Part shown: one piece after another, positions 8,569 through 17,540 of the stretch
How positions within the stretch are numbered: the stretch's first letter is position 1
Layout of the letters: every line of letters starts with the position of its first letter
Sequence record: SRR22947727_234
Direction: 5' to 3' (one strand)
Length of the DNA stretch: 55,126 bases
The notes under the pieces: generated by a model
Told to the model about the DNA's origin: nothing
What the model saw: only the letters and a program-made list of their open reading frames with translations
Database searches by the model: none
Translations under genes and position numbers: made by a program

Positions 8569-10055
8569 GCGACTTACTAACAACCGCAGAGTATAAGGCG
8601 CTGGCCGCAGATCTCGACCTCCCGCGCACCGCTTTTATTGACGGCAAATACCGCGCCGGCCATGGCGCCGCTTTTACCACTTTCAACCCTGCCACCGGAG
8701 TGCCGCTGGCCGAAATTTCCGGCTGTGATGCGACCGATGTGGATCTGGCAGTGTCCAGAGCCCGCGAGGCCTTCGATCAAGGCCATTGGGCCAAACGCGC
8801 GCCATCGCAACGCAAAGAGGTGCTGATCCGCCTGTGCAAGTTGATCACACGCAACCGCCGGGAATTGGCGGTGATGGAAAGTCTCGACAGTGGCAAGCCG
8901 ATCTTAGATTGCGAAACCATCGACATTCCCGAGACCATCGAAACCTTGAAATGGCACGCGGAGTTGATCGATAAAATTTATGACCAAATGGCCCCGGCGC
9001 AAGAGGATGCCATCGCCATGATCCTGCGCGAACCCATTGGTGTCGTCGCCGCTATTTTGCCCTGGAACTTCCCACTGCTCATGATGGCGTGGAAAATCGG
9101 GCCCGCTTTGGCTGCGGGCAATTCTGTCATCGTAAAGCCCGCAGAGCAAACCAGCCTCACCGCCTTGCGCTTGGCCGAATTGGCCGCAGAGGCCGGCCTG
9201 CCCCGCGGGGTCTTGCAGGTCTTGCCCGGTGATGGGCCGACTGTCGGCGCGCCGCTTGGGCTTCACATGGATGTGGATATGGTCAGTTTCACAGGCTCGA
9301 CCGAGACCGGGCGGCATTTCCTGCGCTACGCCGCTGACAGCAATTTAAAGAAAGTTGTGCTGGAATGTGGCGGCAAAAACCCCTGCGTGGTGTTTGATGA
9401 TGCTGAAAATCTCGATGCAGTGGCCAGTCATGTGGTCAATGCTGCCTTTTGGAACATGGGAGAGAATTGTTCCGCCGCCTCGCGTCTGATTGTCCATCAC
9501 GCCATGAAAGAGCCCCTCTTGGAGCGGATCTTGGCGCGGTTGCGAGATTGGAAAACAGGCGATCCGCTCAACCCCGCTCATCACCTGGGCGCGCTTATTG
9601 ATGCAGAGCATTGCGCCAAAGTGGCCAGCTATCTGACAGGGACCGCATTGGCTGGTGGCACGGCAGAGGGGCCCTTTGTGCAGCCAACAATTTACGAGAT
9701 CAGCCCAAAAGATGCCAAAGCCATTGATGAAATTTTTGGACCAATCTTGAGCGTGCTCACCGTGGCCAGCAATGATGAGGCCATTGCGCTGGCCAATGAC
9801 ACCAACTACGGCTTGGCCGCCTCCGTCTTCACCGCCAATACCCGCAACGCCATTCGCGCCGCCCGCGAGATCAAGGCTGGAACCGTGACCGTCAACACCT
9901 ATGGCGAAGGGTCCATCGCCACGCCCTTTGGCGGTTATAAACAATCGGGCTTCGGCGGGCGCGACAATGGTATTCATGCCCATGACCAATTCACCGAAAT
10001 CAAAACCATTTGGATTGATCTCACCGATCCAGCCGATGGCGACAATGTCGGGTAA
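8565..10055 (+). CDS. aldehyde dehydrogenase, PuuC-like
   Basis: PWNFP, FTGSTETG, LECGGKNP, catalytic Cys in GENCSA, EIFGP. Confidence 0.92.
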   Translation: MSDLLTTAEYKALAADLDLPRTAFIDGKYRAGHGAAFTTFNPATGVPLAEISGCDATDVDLAVSRAREAFDQGHWAKRAPSQRKEVLIRLCKLITRNRRELAVMESLDSGKPILDCETIDIPETIETLKWHAELIDKIYDQMAPAQEDAIAMILREPIGVVAAILPWNFPLLMMAWKIGPALAAGNSVIVKPAEQTSLTALRLAELAAEAGLPRGVLQVLPGDGPTVGAPLGLHMDVDMVSFTGSTETGRHFLRYAADSNLKKVVLECGGKNPCVVFDDAENLDAVASHVVNAAFWNMGENCSAASRLIVHHAMKEPLLERILARLRDWKTGDPLNPAHHLGALIDAEHCAKVASYLTGTALAGGTAEGPFVQPTIYEISPKDAKAIDEIFGPILSVLTVASNDEAIALANDTNYGLAASVFTANTRNAIRAAREIKAGTVTVNTYGEGSIATPFGGYKQSGFGGRDNGIHAHDQFTEIKTIWIDLTDPADGDNVG

Positions 10056-10096
10056 CGGGAACGGGCCGCAAGTCTTGCCAAAGGTGAGGAACACTC

Positions 10097-11647
10097 ATGG
10101 CTGATGCCGTTGGCACCACGCGGCGCGGCCGCGGCGCGCGAAAAACCATAAGACAAACCCGCGATGTTACGATGTTGCCCGCGCTGAAACGCCGCCTGCC
10201 CTTGACCGAACCCATGGATCAAGACCAGATCGAGAAGATCGATGCGGCCTCAATGAGCGTGCTTGAGGATGTCGGAGTGGTGTTTCGCGACCCCATCGCC
10301 ATTGCAGATTGGCGTGCCGCGGGGGCCGATATTCGCGATGGCGACCGGGTGCATTTGGACCGCGGTCTTGTGCGTGAGCTGATCTCCTCCATCCCCTCAA
10401 GCTTCACCTACCACGCGCGAAACCCCGCCAATAACCTGCCGTTCGGTCACGATCACGCCATCTTTGTGCCGATGACCGGCGCGCCCTATCTGCGGGACCT
10501 CGACGATATCAGGCGCAATCCAACCCTGGAAGACTTGGCAAATTTTCACAAGTTATCTCATATGCTGCCCGCGATGCACTCTTCCGCTCACCACATTGTA
10601 GAACCCTATGATCACCCGATCAGCCAAAGGCATTTGCGCATTACCTATTCGTCGATGAAACATTCCGACAAGACCTTCATGGGCATGACCACCAGTCCCA
10701 AAAATGCCGAGGATGTCATGGAGATGTGTGCCCTGCTCTTTGGTGCGGATTATATGCAAAGCTATCCGGTCGTCACAGGAAATTGCAATGGAAACAGCCC
10801 GCTGGTTTGGGATGAAACAATGCTGGGGGCGCTGCGGGCCTTTGCCAAATACAACCAACCCATCCTATGCAGCCCCTTCGTTCTGGGCGGCGCCAATACA
10901 CCCGCATCCGTCGCCCCAACAGTGGCGCAGCTCAATGCCGAAGCCCTCAGCTGTCTGGCCTATACGCAGGTTGTCCGCAAAGGCATGCCTGCGATCTATG
11001 GCCATTATTTGGCCACCGTCAGTATGCGATCCGGCGCCCCTATGGCCGGCACGCCAGAAATCAGTTTGATGAATTTCATGATTGGCCAAATGGCGCGCCA
11101 TTATAACGTACCCTGGCGGACTTCAAATACTTTGGGCGGGGCGAAAACCCTTGACGCGCAGGCGGGATATGAAAGTGCCATGACCTTGAATGCCGTGCTC
11201 ATGGCCGGGGCGAATTACATCTGGCACAGCGCCGGATGGAACGAAGCCGGTATGCATTGCTCGATGTCAAAATTCGTGGTGGACGCGGAGCTTTGCGCCA
11301 TGGGCTATCGTATGGCCGAGGGCATACGCTGGGATGATTTTGATGCAGCCATGCAGGCGGTGCGCGACATTGGGCCGGGCGGGCATTACCTTGGCCATTC
11401 CCATACGCTTGAAAATTTCCAACGCGCCTTTTTTATGCCAGAGATGTTTGACAATAATTCGATTGAACAATGGCAGGCGGATGGCGCGCTGGACACAAAC
11501 ACCCGCGGGTTGATACGCGCGCGTCAGATGCTCGACGAATATGAGGAACCAAAATTGGATCCTGGCATTGATGAAGCCCTAGGCGACTATATCGCGCGGC
11601 GTGAGCGGGAGATCCCGGCTGCCGACGCGCTGAACCAAGAGTATTGA
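10097..11647 (+). CDS. trimethylamine methyltransferase (MttB) superfamily protein, non-pyrrolysine
   Basis: NSPLVWDETM, PFVLGGANTPAS, MRSGAPMAGTPE, DAQAGYES, IGPGGHYLG; uninterrupted ORF with no amber codon. Confidence 0.88.
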   Translation: MADAVGTTRRGRGARKTIRQTRDVTMLPALKRRLPLTEPMDQDQIEKIDAASMSVLEDVGVVFRDPIAIADWRAAGADIRDGDRVHLDRGLVRELISSIPSSFTYHARNPANNLPFGHDHAIFVPMTGAPYLRDLDDIRRNPTLEDLANFHKLSHMLPAMHSSAHHIVEPYDHPISQRHLRITYSSMKHSDKTFMGMTTSPKNAEDVMEMCALLFGADYMQSYPVVTGNCNGNSPLVWDETMLGALRAFAKYNQPILCSPFVLGGANTPASVAPTVAQLNAEALSCLAYTQVVRKGMPAIYGHYLATVSMRSGAPMAGTPEISLMNFMIGQMARHYNVPWRTSNTLGGAKTLDAQAGYESAMTLNAVLMAGANYIWHSAGWNEAGMHCSMSKFVVDAELCAMGYRMAEGIRWDDFDAAMQAVRDIGPGGHYLGHSHTLENFQRAFFMPEMFDNNSIEQWQADGALDTNTRGLIRARQMLDEYEEPKLDPGIDEALGDYIARREREIPAADALNQEY

Positions 11648-11649
11648 CC

Positions 11650-12981
11650 ATGAAAGTCTCGCGCCTGCCCATAGATCCCGGCCCGGCCGCTTGGGCGGAT
11701 CTTCTGCCGCCCGCCGCAGCGGCCCAAAGGCTGGAAGGCAAGCAAACCGCCGATTGGTTGGTGATTGGCGGCGGCTTTGCTGGCCTGGCGGCACTGGCGC
11801 GGCTCAAGCAGCTGCACCCGGCAGATAAAATCATTCTGCTTGAGGCCAGCCGGATTGCCAATGGCCCTGCCGGGCGCAATTCGGGGTTTATGATTGATCT
11901 GCCCCATGATCTGGCGTCAGAGGATTACGGCGGCGCGCTTAACGAAGACCAACAGCAGATTGCAGCCAATCGCGCTGCAATTGCCTTCGCCCGCCAGATG
12001 GCCGAGGAATTTGAGCTGCCCTGCGAAGCGTTTAATCCTTGCGGCAAGTTCAATGCGGCTGCCAGCGCAAAGGGTCATCGCCACAATCAAGACTATGCCC
12101 GCCATTTGACCCGGATTGGCGAGCCTTGGGAGATGTATGACGCGGCGCAAATGGCGGAATTGACCGGAACCGGTTATTATCAATCTGGCCTCTTCACCCC
12201 CGGCACGGTCATGCTGCAACCGGCCATGTATATCCGCGGCATAGCGCGCGGCCTGGCATCACATCACGCCCTGATTTTCGAAAATTCGCCCGTGATAGCG
12301 CTTGAGCACAATGGTGACTGGTCAGCCACCACCCCATCGGGCCAGGTAACAGCGCCGCGGGTTATTCTGGCCGTCAATGGCCACGCCAATTCCTTCGGGC
12401 TTTACCCGCAACAACTTATTCATGTGTTCACCTATGCCAGCATGACCCGCGCCTTGACCGCCCAGGAGGTGAAAACCTTGGGCGGGGCGCGCAATTGGGG
12501 CGCCACACCCGCCGACCCTTTAGGAACAACCGTGCGGCGCATATCTGGGATGGGCGGCGACCGCATCATCATCCGAAATCGCGCCACTTTCGATCCGTCC
12601 ATGCAGGTCTCTGAGCGGCGCATTCGCGCTGTGTCGCGCAGTCATGACGCAAGTTTTTCCGCCCGTTTTCCCGCGCTGCGCCATGTATCCATGCAATATC
12701 GCTGGGGCGGGCGCCTGTGTCTTTCGCGCAATAATGTCGCCGCGTTTGGTGAGGTCATGCCGGGGCTCTATTCGGCCTGCTGCCAAAACGGTTTGGGAAC
12801 GGCCAAAGGCACATTGCATGGCATGCTGGCCGCGGACCTGGCCAGTGGGCATGACAGCCCACTTTTGCAACAGGTCCAAGGGCAAGCCGCCCCGCGCCGC
12901 CTGCCCCCGCCGCCTTTGGCCTGGCTTGGGGCCAATGCGCTGATGAAATGGGGCGAGTGGACCGCCGGAGCGGAACTCTAA
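11650..12981 (+). CDS. FAD-dependent oxidoreductase (DAO/PuuB-like amine or amino-acid oxidase)
   Basis: VIGGGFAGLAA FAD motif, GPAGRNSGF, CCQNGLGTAKG. Confidence 0.85.
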   Translation: MKVSRLPIDPGPAAWADLLPPAAAAQRLEGKQTADWLVIGGGFAGLAALARLKQLHPADKIILLEASRIANGPAGRNSGFMIDLPHDLASEDYGGALNEDQQQIAANRAAIAFARQMAEEFELPCEAFNPCGKFNAAASAKGHRHNQDYARHLTRIGEPWEMYDAAQMAELTGTGYYQSGLFTPGTVMLQPAMYIRGIARGLASHHALIFENSPVIALEHNGDWSATTPSGQVTAPRVILAVNGHANSFGLYPQQLIHVFTYASMTRALTAQEVKTLGGARNWGATPADPLGTTVRRISGMGGDRIIIRNRATFDPSMQVSERRIRAVSRSHDASFSARFPALRHVSMQYRWGGRLCLSRNNVAAFGEVMPGLYSACCQNGLGTAKGTLHGMLAADLASGHDSPLLQQVQGQAAPRRLPPPPLAWLGANALMKWGEWTAGAEL

Positions 12982-13008
12982 ACCTGCGCCCCTTACCTCA
13001 TAAGCGAC

Positions 13009-13764
13009 CTATCTGGGTGGCAGTCCAACCAAAGCGCGCGAGGCGGGTTCACGCAGATGGAAATCTTCCCCCGCATAGTCCGCGCCGCCGGGCCCGCAGA
13101 GATAGGCAATCGCCTGCGCCACATCGGAGGCCGCAATGTGGTCAGACAGCTCCAATTGGCTGACCGGATTAACCCCGGTGGCTTTGATCTCAACCTGCAT
13201 CTGCGTCGCCACAGTGCCAGGGCTCAACCCCAAACAGCGAATGCCTTGATCGCCATATTCAGCATGGCCAGAGCGGGTCAATTGCAGCACCGCAGCCTTA
13301 GAGGCGCAGTAATGGCTCCAGCCTTCCAGCACCCCATAGGCCGCACCGGACGAAATATTGAGGATCGTCCCGCCCCCCTGTGCCATCATGATCGGCAGGG
13401 CCGCCTTCATCATGTAAAAGACACCTTTAACATTCACATCAATCACCCGGTCCCAATCGGCGGCTTCGAAATCCGCCATTCGATGCACAGGCAAGAGCAT
13501 TCCTGCGTTGTTGACGACAATATCAAGACGACCGAAGCGCGCCACGGTCTGATCAACAGCCGCCTGCACCTGTGCAAAATCGGCAATATCGCAGGCGATC
13601 GCCAGCGCTTTTGACCCAATTTTCTCTGCCAATTTCGCCAGTTCAGCCTCAGAACGAGCCGTCAAAACCACCTGCGCCCCAAGGGTTGCAAAATGTTCAG
13701 CCGCCGCCGCTCCAATGCCGCGGCTTGCGCCGGTTATCAACACTGTTTGCCCTGAAAAATCCAT
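13009..13764 (-). CDS. short-chain dehydrogenase/reductase
   Basis: TGASRGIG, NNAG, YCASK; start taken at MDFSGQ. Confidence 0.9.
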   Translation of the reverse strand: MDFSGQTVLITGASRGIGAAAAEHFATLGAQVVLTARSEAELAKLAEKIGSKALAIACDIADFAQVQAAVDQTVARFGRLDIVVNNAGMLLPVHRMADFEAADWDRVIDVNVKGVFYMMKAALPIMMAQGGGTILNISSGAAYGVLEGWSHYCASKAAVLQLTRSGHAEYGDQGIRCLGLSPGTVATQMQVEIKATGVNPVSQLELSDHIAASDVAQAIAYLCGPGGADYAGEDFHLREPASRALVGLPPR

Positions 13765-13889
13765 TCTTGTTAAGCCTTTTGCTGTGTCTGGCCAAAGGCT
13801 AGCTCTGCCGGCCAATCTGCACAAGTCATCACTTCTGGCTTTACCCAGCCAGCAAGCCATGGCACCACAGCTTCAGATTGGAGATTGCC

Positions 13890-15068
13890 ATGCGCCCGAC
13901 ACTGATGATTTTGACTTTTGCCTATGTCTTGTCCCAATTTTATAGGGCATTTTTGGCCGTTTTAGCAGCGCCCTTGCAGGCAGATATAGGCGCGACCGCC
14001 GCGCAGCTCTCGGCGGCCTCTGGCTATTGGTTTTTAACTTTCGCTCTGATGCAATTACCCGTCGGCTGGGCCTTGGACACTTTGGGTCCACGGCGCACCA
14101 ATGCCGCGCTTCTCGCTCTGGGAGCCGGTGGCGGCGCTTTGGTTTTCGCAGCCGCAACCGAACCGTGGCATATTTCCGCCGCGATGACGATGATCGGCAT
14201 CGGTTGCTCATCGGTTTTAATGGCCGCATACTATGTGATCGCCCGCAGTTTTCCTGCAGCGGCCTTCGCCACGATGGCCGCCTTCATCTTGGGTATCGGC
14301 TCGGTCGGCAATATCGGCGCAGCCTTCCCGCTCACGCTGCTTGTTGACGTCCTAGGTTGGCGCTTGTCGATCGTCATCATCGCGCTCATCACCCTTGCAA
14401 TTGCCGCCCTATGCTACGTGATCGTCAAGGATCCACCAAAGGTTGTAACCGATGAAAAGGGCAGCTTGCTCGACCTGCTCCGCATGCGCGCCATCTGGCT
14501 CATCTTGCCGCTGGTGCTGGTCAGCTATGCCCCCTCTGCCGGGTTGCGCGGCCTTTGGGTGGGTCCCTATTTCACCGATGTATTCGGCGCCTCCATGGCC
14601 CAGGTTGGCACAGTGACCACGCTGATGGCTCTGGCGATGATTGCCGGCACCTTTTGCTATGGTCCGCTTGACCGCTTATTGGGCACGCGTAAATGGGTGA
14701 TTTTCACAGGCAATCTCATCGGCGGCCTGTTGTGCTTTGCCCTTTATCTCTATGGCGACGCGGGGTTCTGGAGCACCGCCGTCCTGATGGCCGGAATTGG
14801 TTTTTTCGGTGCTTCATTCCCGATTTTGGTCGCCCATGGCCGCAGTTTTTTCCCAGATCATCTGATGGGGCGCGGCGTGACTTTGATCAACCTGTTTGGA
14901 ATCGGAGGCGTTGGCATCATGCAAAATGTCACTGCGCGGGTTTTTGATGCCAAGATAACACAAAGTCAGGCGCCGATTGTCTCATATAACGCGGTCATTT
15001 TGGTATTTTGTGTGACATTACTGCTGGGATTGATAATTTATATCTTCTCACAGGATAGAACTGACTAG
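13890..15068 (+). CDS. MFS transporter
   Basis: About 12 hydrophobic segments; motif A-like GWALDTLGPRR and GPLDRLLGTRK. Confidence 0.85.
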   Translation: MRPTLMILTFAYVLSQFYRAFLAVLAAPLQADIGATAAQLSAASGYWFLTFALMQLPVGWALDTLGPRRTNAALLALGAGGGALVFAAATEPWHISAAMTMIGIGCSSVLMAAYYVIARSFPAAAFATMAAFILGIGSVGNIGAAFPLTLLVDVLGWRLSIVIIALITLAIAALCYVIVKDPPKVVTDEKGSLLDLLRMRAIWLILPLVLVSYAPSAGLRGLWVGPYFTDVFGASMAQVGTVTTLMALAMIAGTFCYGPLDRLLGTRKWVIFTGNLIGGLLCFALYLYGDAGFWSTAVLMAGIGFFGASFPILVAHGRSFFPDHLMGRGVTLINLFGIGGVGIMQNVTARVFDAKITQSQAPIVSYNAVILVFCVTLLLGLIIYIFSQDRTD

Positions 15069-15133
15069 CTGCCTCTTTCCATTGGAGACCTGGCGCGATA
15101 CACGAGCCCGTCTTTGAAACAAGGAAGAGACCT

Positions 15134-16156
15134 ATGTCTTATAAAGTTGTTGTTGTCGGCGCTACTGGAAATGTGGGCCGTGAAATGCTGAACATTTTGG
15201 ACGAACGTGAATTTCCAATCGTGGAAATTGCTGTTCTGGCCAGCCGTAAATCCCTCGGCACGGAAGTGAGCTTTGGCGACAAAACTTTGAAAACCACCGA
15301 TCTGGCGAGTTTTGATTTCGCCGGTTGGGATATGGCGCTCTTTGCGGTGGGCTCTGAAGCCACCAAAGAATATGCCCCGAAAGCGGCGGCGGCGGGCTGT
15401 ATTGTGATCGATAATTCGAGCCTTTACCGCTACGATCCGGATGTGCCTTTGATCGTGCCAGAGGTGAATGCCGATGCAATTTTCGAATGCCACAAAAAGA
15501 ACATCATCGCCAATCCCAATTGTTCAACCGCGCAGATGGTTGTGGCGCTCAAACCCTTGCATGATCGCGCGAAGATCAAACGGGTGGTGGTCAGCACCTA
15601 TCAATCCGTTTCGGGCGCAGGCAAAGAAGGGATTGATGAACTTTGGGATCAAACCAAATCGATTTACAACCCGGTAGACAACAAACCACCCACCAAGTTT
15701 ACCAAGCAAATCGCCTTTAACGTGATCCCGCATATTGATGTTTTCCTCGACAGCGGCGACACGAAAGAGGAATGGAAAATGGTCGCAGAGACCAAAAAGA
15801 TTCTCGACCCCGCGATCAAGGTTACCGCCACCTGTGTGCGCGTGCCAGTTTTCGTGGGCCATTCCGAATCGATCAATATCGAGTTTGAAGACTTCCTCGA
15901 TGAGGATGAAGCCCGCGATATCCTGCGCGAGTCACCTGGCATTATGGTGATCGATAAGCGCGAAGATGGCGGCTATGTCAGCCCAGTGGAATGCGTCGGC
16001 GATTACGCCACATTCATCAGCCGCATTCGGCAAGATGTCACGGTCGACAATGGTATCAACCTGTGGTGCGTGTCCGACAATCTGCGCAAGGGGGCGGCGT
16101 TGAATGCCGTTCAAATCGCGGAAGTCCTGGGCAATAAGGTCCTGAAAAAGGGCTAA
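15134..16156 (+). CDS. asd: aspartate-semialdehyde dehydrogenase
   Basis: GATGNVG, ANPNCST, YQSVSGAG, DNLRKGAALN. Confidence 0.98.
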   Translation: MSYKVVVVGATGNVGREMLNILDEREFPIVEIAVLASRKSLGTEVSFGDKTLKTTDLASFDFAGWDMALFAVGSEATKEYAPKAAAAGCIVIDNSSLYRYDPDVPLIVPEVNADAIFECHKKNIIANPNCSTAQMVVALKPLHDRAKIKRVVVSTYQSVSGAGKEGIDELWDQTKSIYNPVDNKPPTKFTKQIAFNVIPHIDVFLDSGDTKEEWKMVAETKKILDPAIKVTATCVRVPVFVGHSESINIEFEDFLDEDEARDILRESPGIMVIDKREDGGYVSPVECVGDYATFISRIRQDVTVDNGINLWCVSDNLRKGAALNAVQIAEVLGNKVLKKG

Positions 16157-16174
16157 AGTCCTGAATATGAAATG

Positions 16175-16205
16175 AAAAGGCCTCGCTAAAATGCGGGGCC
16201 TTTTT
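16175..16205. terminator. bidirectional terminator between asd and carbonic anhydrase
   Basis: AAAAGGCCTCGC-TAAAAT-GCGGGGCCTTTTT. Confidence 0.85.
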
Positions 16206-16237
16206 ATTGGCTCTTGGTATTTCGGGTTGAACCGGCT

Positions 16238-16888
16238 CTAAATCCGCACAAAATCCTTCAAGTTTGAATCAAACTGCTCCAAAGAACCCTCGGCGATGTC
16301 CGTCCACAGGCCATGCAGGGTCAGCTCGTTCTTTTCGACTGCGGCTTTCACAAATGGGAAGGTCATGAGGTTTTCTACGGAGACCAAAACAGCCTCACGT
16401 TCCAATCGCGCCACACGCTCCGCCTCATCCTTGATATCTTTGACCCGCTCATAGCCTGGGCGCAAAATATCCATCCAGCGGCCAACAAAGCTGCTGCTTT
16501 TTTCCAAATCTGGCGCATGTCCGGTGCACATATCGTGACAGCCCCGCACCCCGCCACAGCTGGAATGACCCAAGACGATAATATGAGATACTTTTAACGC
16601 GGTGACCGCATATTCAACCGCAGCAGAGGTGCCATGCGGCTCGCCATCCGGAAGATAGGCCGGCACCAGATTGGCGATATTGCGATGAATGAAAAACTCC
16701 CCCTGCTCTGCACCAAAAATCGCCGTCACATGAACGCGACTGTCACAGCATGAAATGACCATGGCGCGCGGGCGCTGCCCTTCACTGGCCAATCGGCGAT
16801 ACCAAGCATGATTGTCTTCAAACGTCGTCGCTTTCCAGCCATGATAACGTTGAATTAAATAGTTTGGCAGCGGCTTCACGTAGACCAT
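16238..16888 (-). CDS. beta-class carbonic anhydrase
   Basis: CCDSRV, HRNIAN and GHSSCGG zinc-ligand motifs. Confidence 0.95.
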   Translation of the reverse strand: MVYVKPLPNYLIQRYHGWKATTFEDNHAWYRRLASEGQRPRAMVISCCDSRVHVTAIFGAEQGEFFIHRNIANLVPAYLPDGEPHGTSAAVEYAVTALKVSHIIVLGHSSCGGVRGCHDMCTGHAPDLEKSSSFVGRWMDILRPGYERVKDIKDEAERVARLEREAVLVSVENLMTFPFVKAAVEKNELTLHGLWTDIAEGSLEQFDSNLKDFVRI

Positions 16889-17036
16889 CGGCACCCCCTT
16901 ATACATAAATATTGAATTGAACTTACCAAATAGTTACAAAAAACTCGAGAGGTAATCCTCATTTTGGCTTAGAGTTTGGTAAACTTTTTTGGGCAAAAAG
17001 CAGCCAGCTGTGGGGGCGTAGTAAATAGGTGAGTTC

Positions 17037-17426
17037 ATGGCTCAAATTAGCATGCTTTTACATGACGAACATCTTCCCTTTTGCAGCAGCAAAATTGACG
17101 AGATCTATTGTGAGTTTGAGCCCCAACGGGCGAAAGCAATTATTAACGGCGCCTTAGATGAATTCGCCATCCGCCTTTCCGTTCTGGAATGCGCCGGCAA
17201 GCAAAACAATCGCTCTGCCGTACGCAAGGCCGTTGATGCTTTGATGAGCATCGGACATCAAATTGGACTGGGCGGGTTGACCAATGCCGCCCATAATGTG
17301 CGTGCGTTAACCGCAGCATCCGATGATCCCGCTCTGGCCGCCGCGGTGGCGCGGTTGGTGCGGCTGGGCGACATGTGCCTGGCATCGCTTTGGGCGATAC
17401 AGGACCAAAAGAACAGACAGCTTTAG
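17037..17426 (+). CDS. hypothetical protein with an HPt-like helical pattern
   Basis: All-helical 129 aa with ...LMSIGHQIGLGGL...AAAVARLVRLGD; family call is inference. Confidence 0.6.
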   Translation: MAQISMLLHDEHLPFCSSKIDEIYCEFEPQRAKAIINGALDEFAIRLSVLECAGKQNNRSAVRKAVDALMSIGHQIGLGGLTNAAHNVRALTAASDDPALAAAVARLVRLGDMCLASLWAIQDQKNRQL

Positions 17427-17540
17427 TCAGCCCCCCGCATTCACGGATCCACGCAGGTTTTTGCCCGCCAAAGACCGCGCCGCATTGCATTCGCCACAGG
17501 GCAATGTTTACCTATGATAAAGCCATTCGAGGGATCTGCC

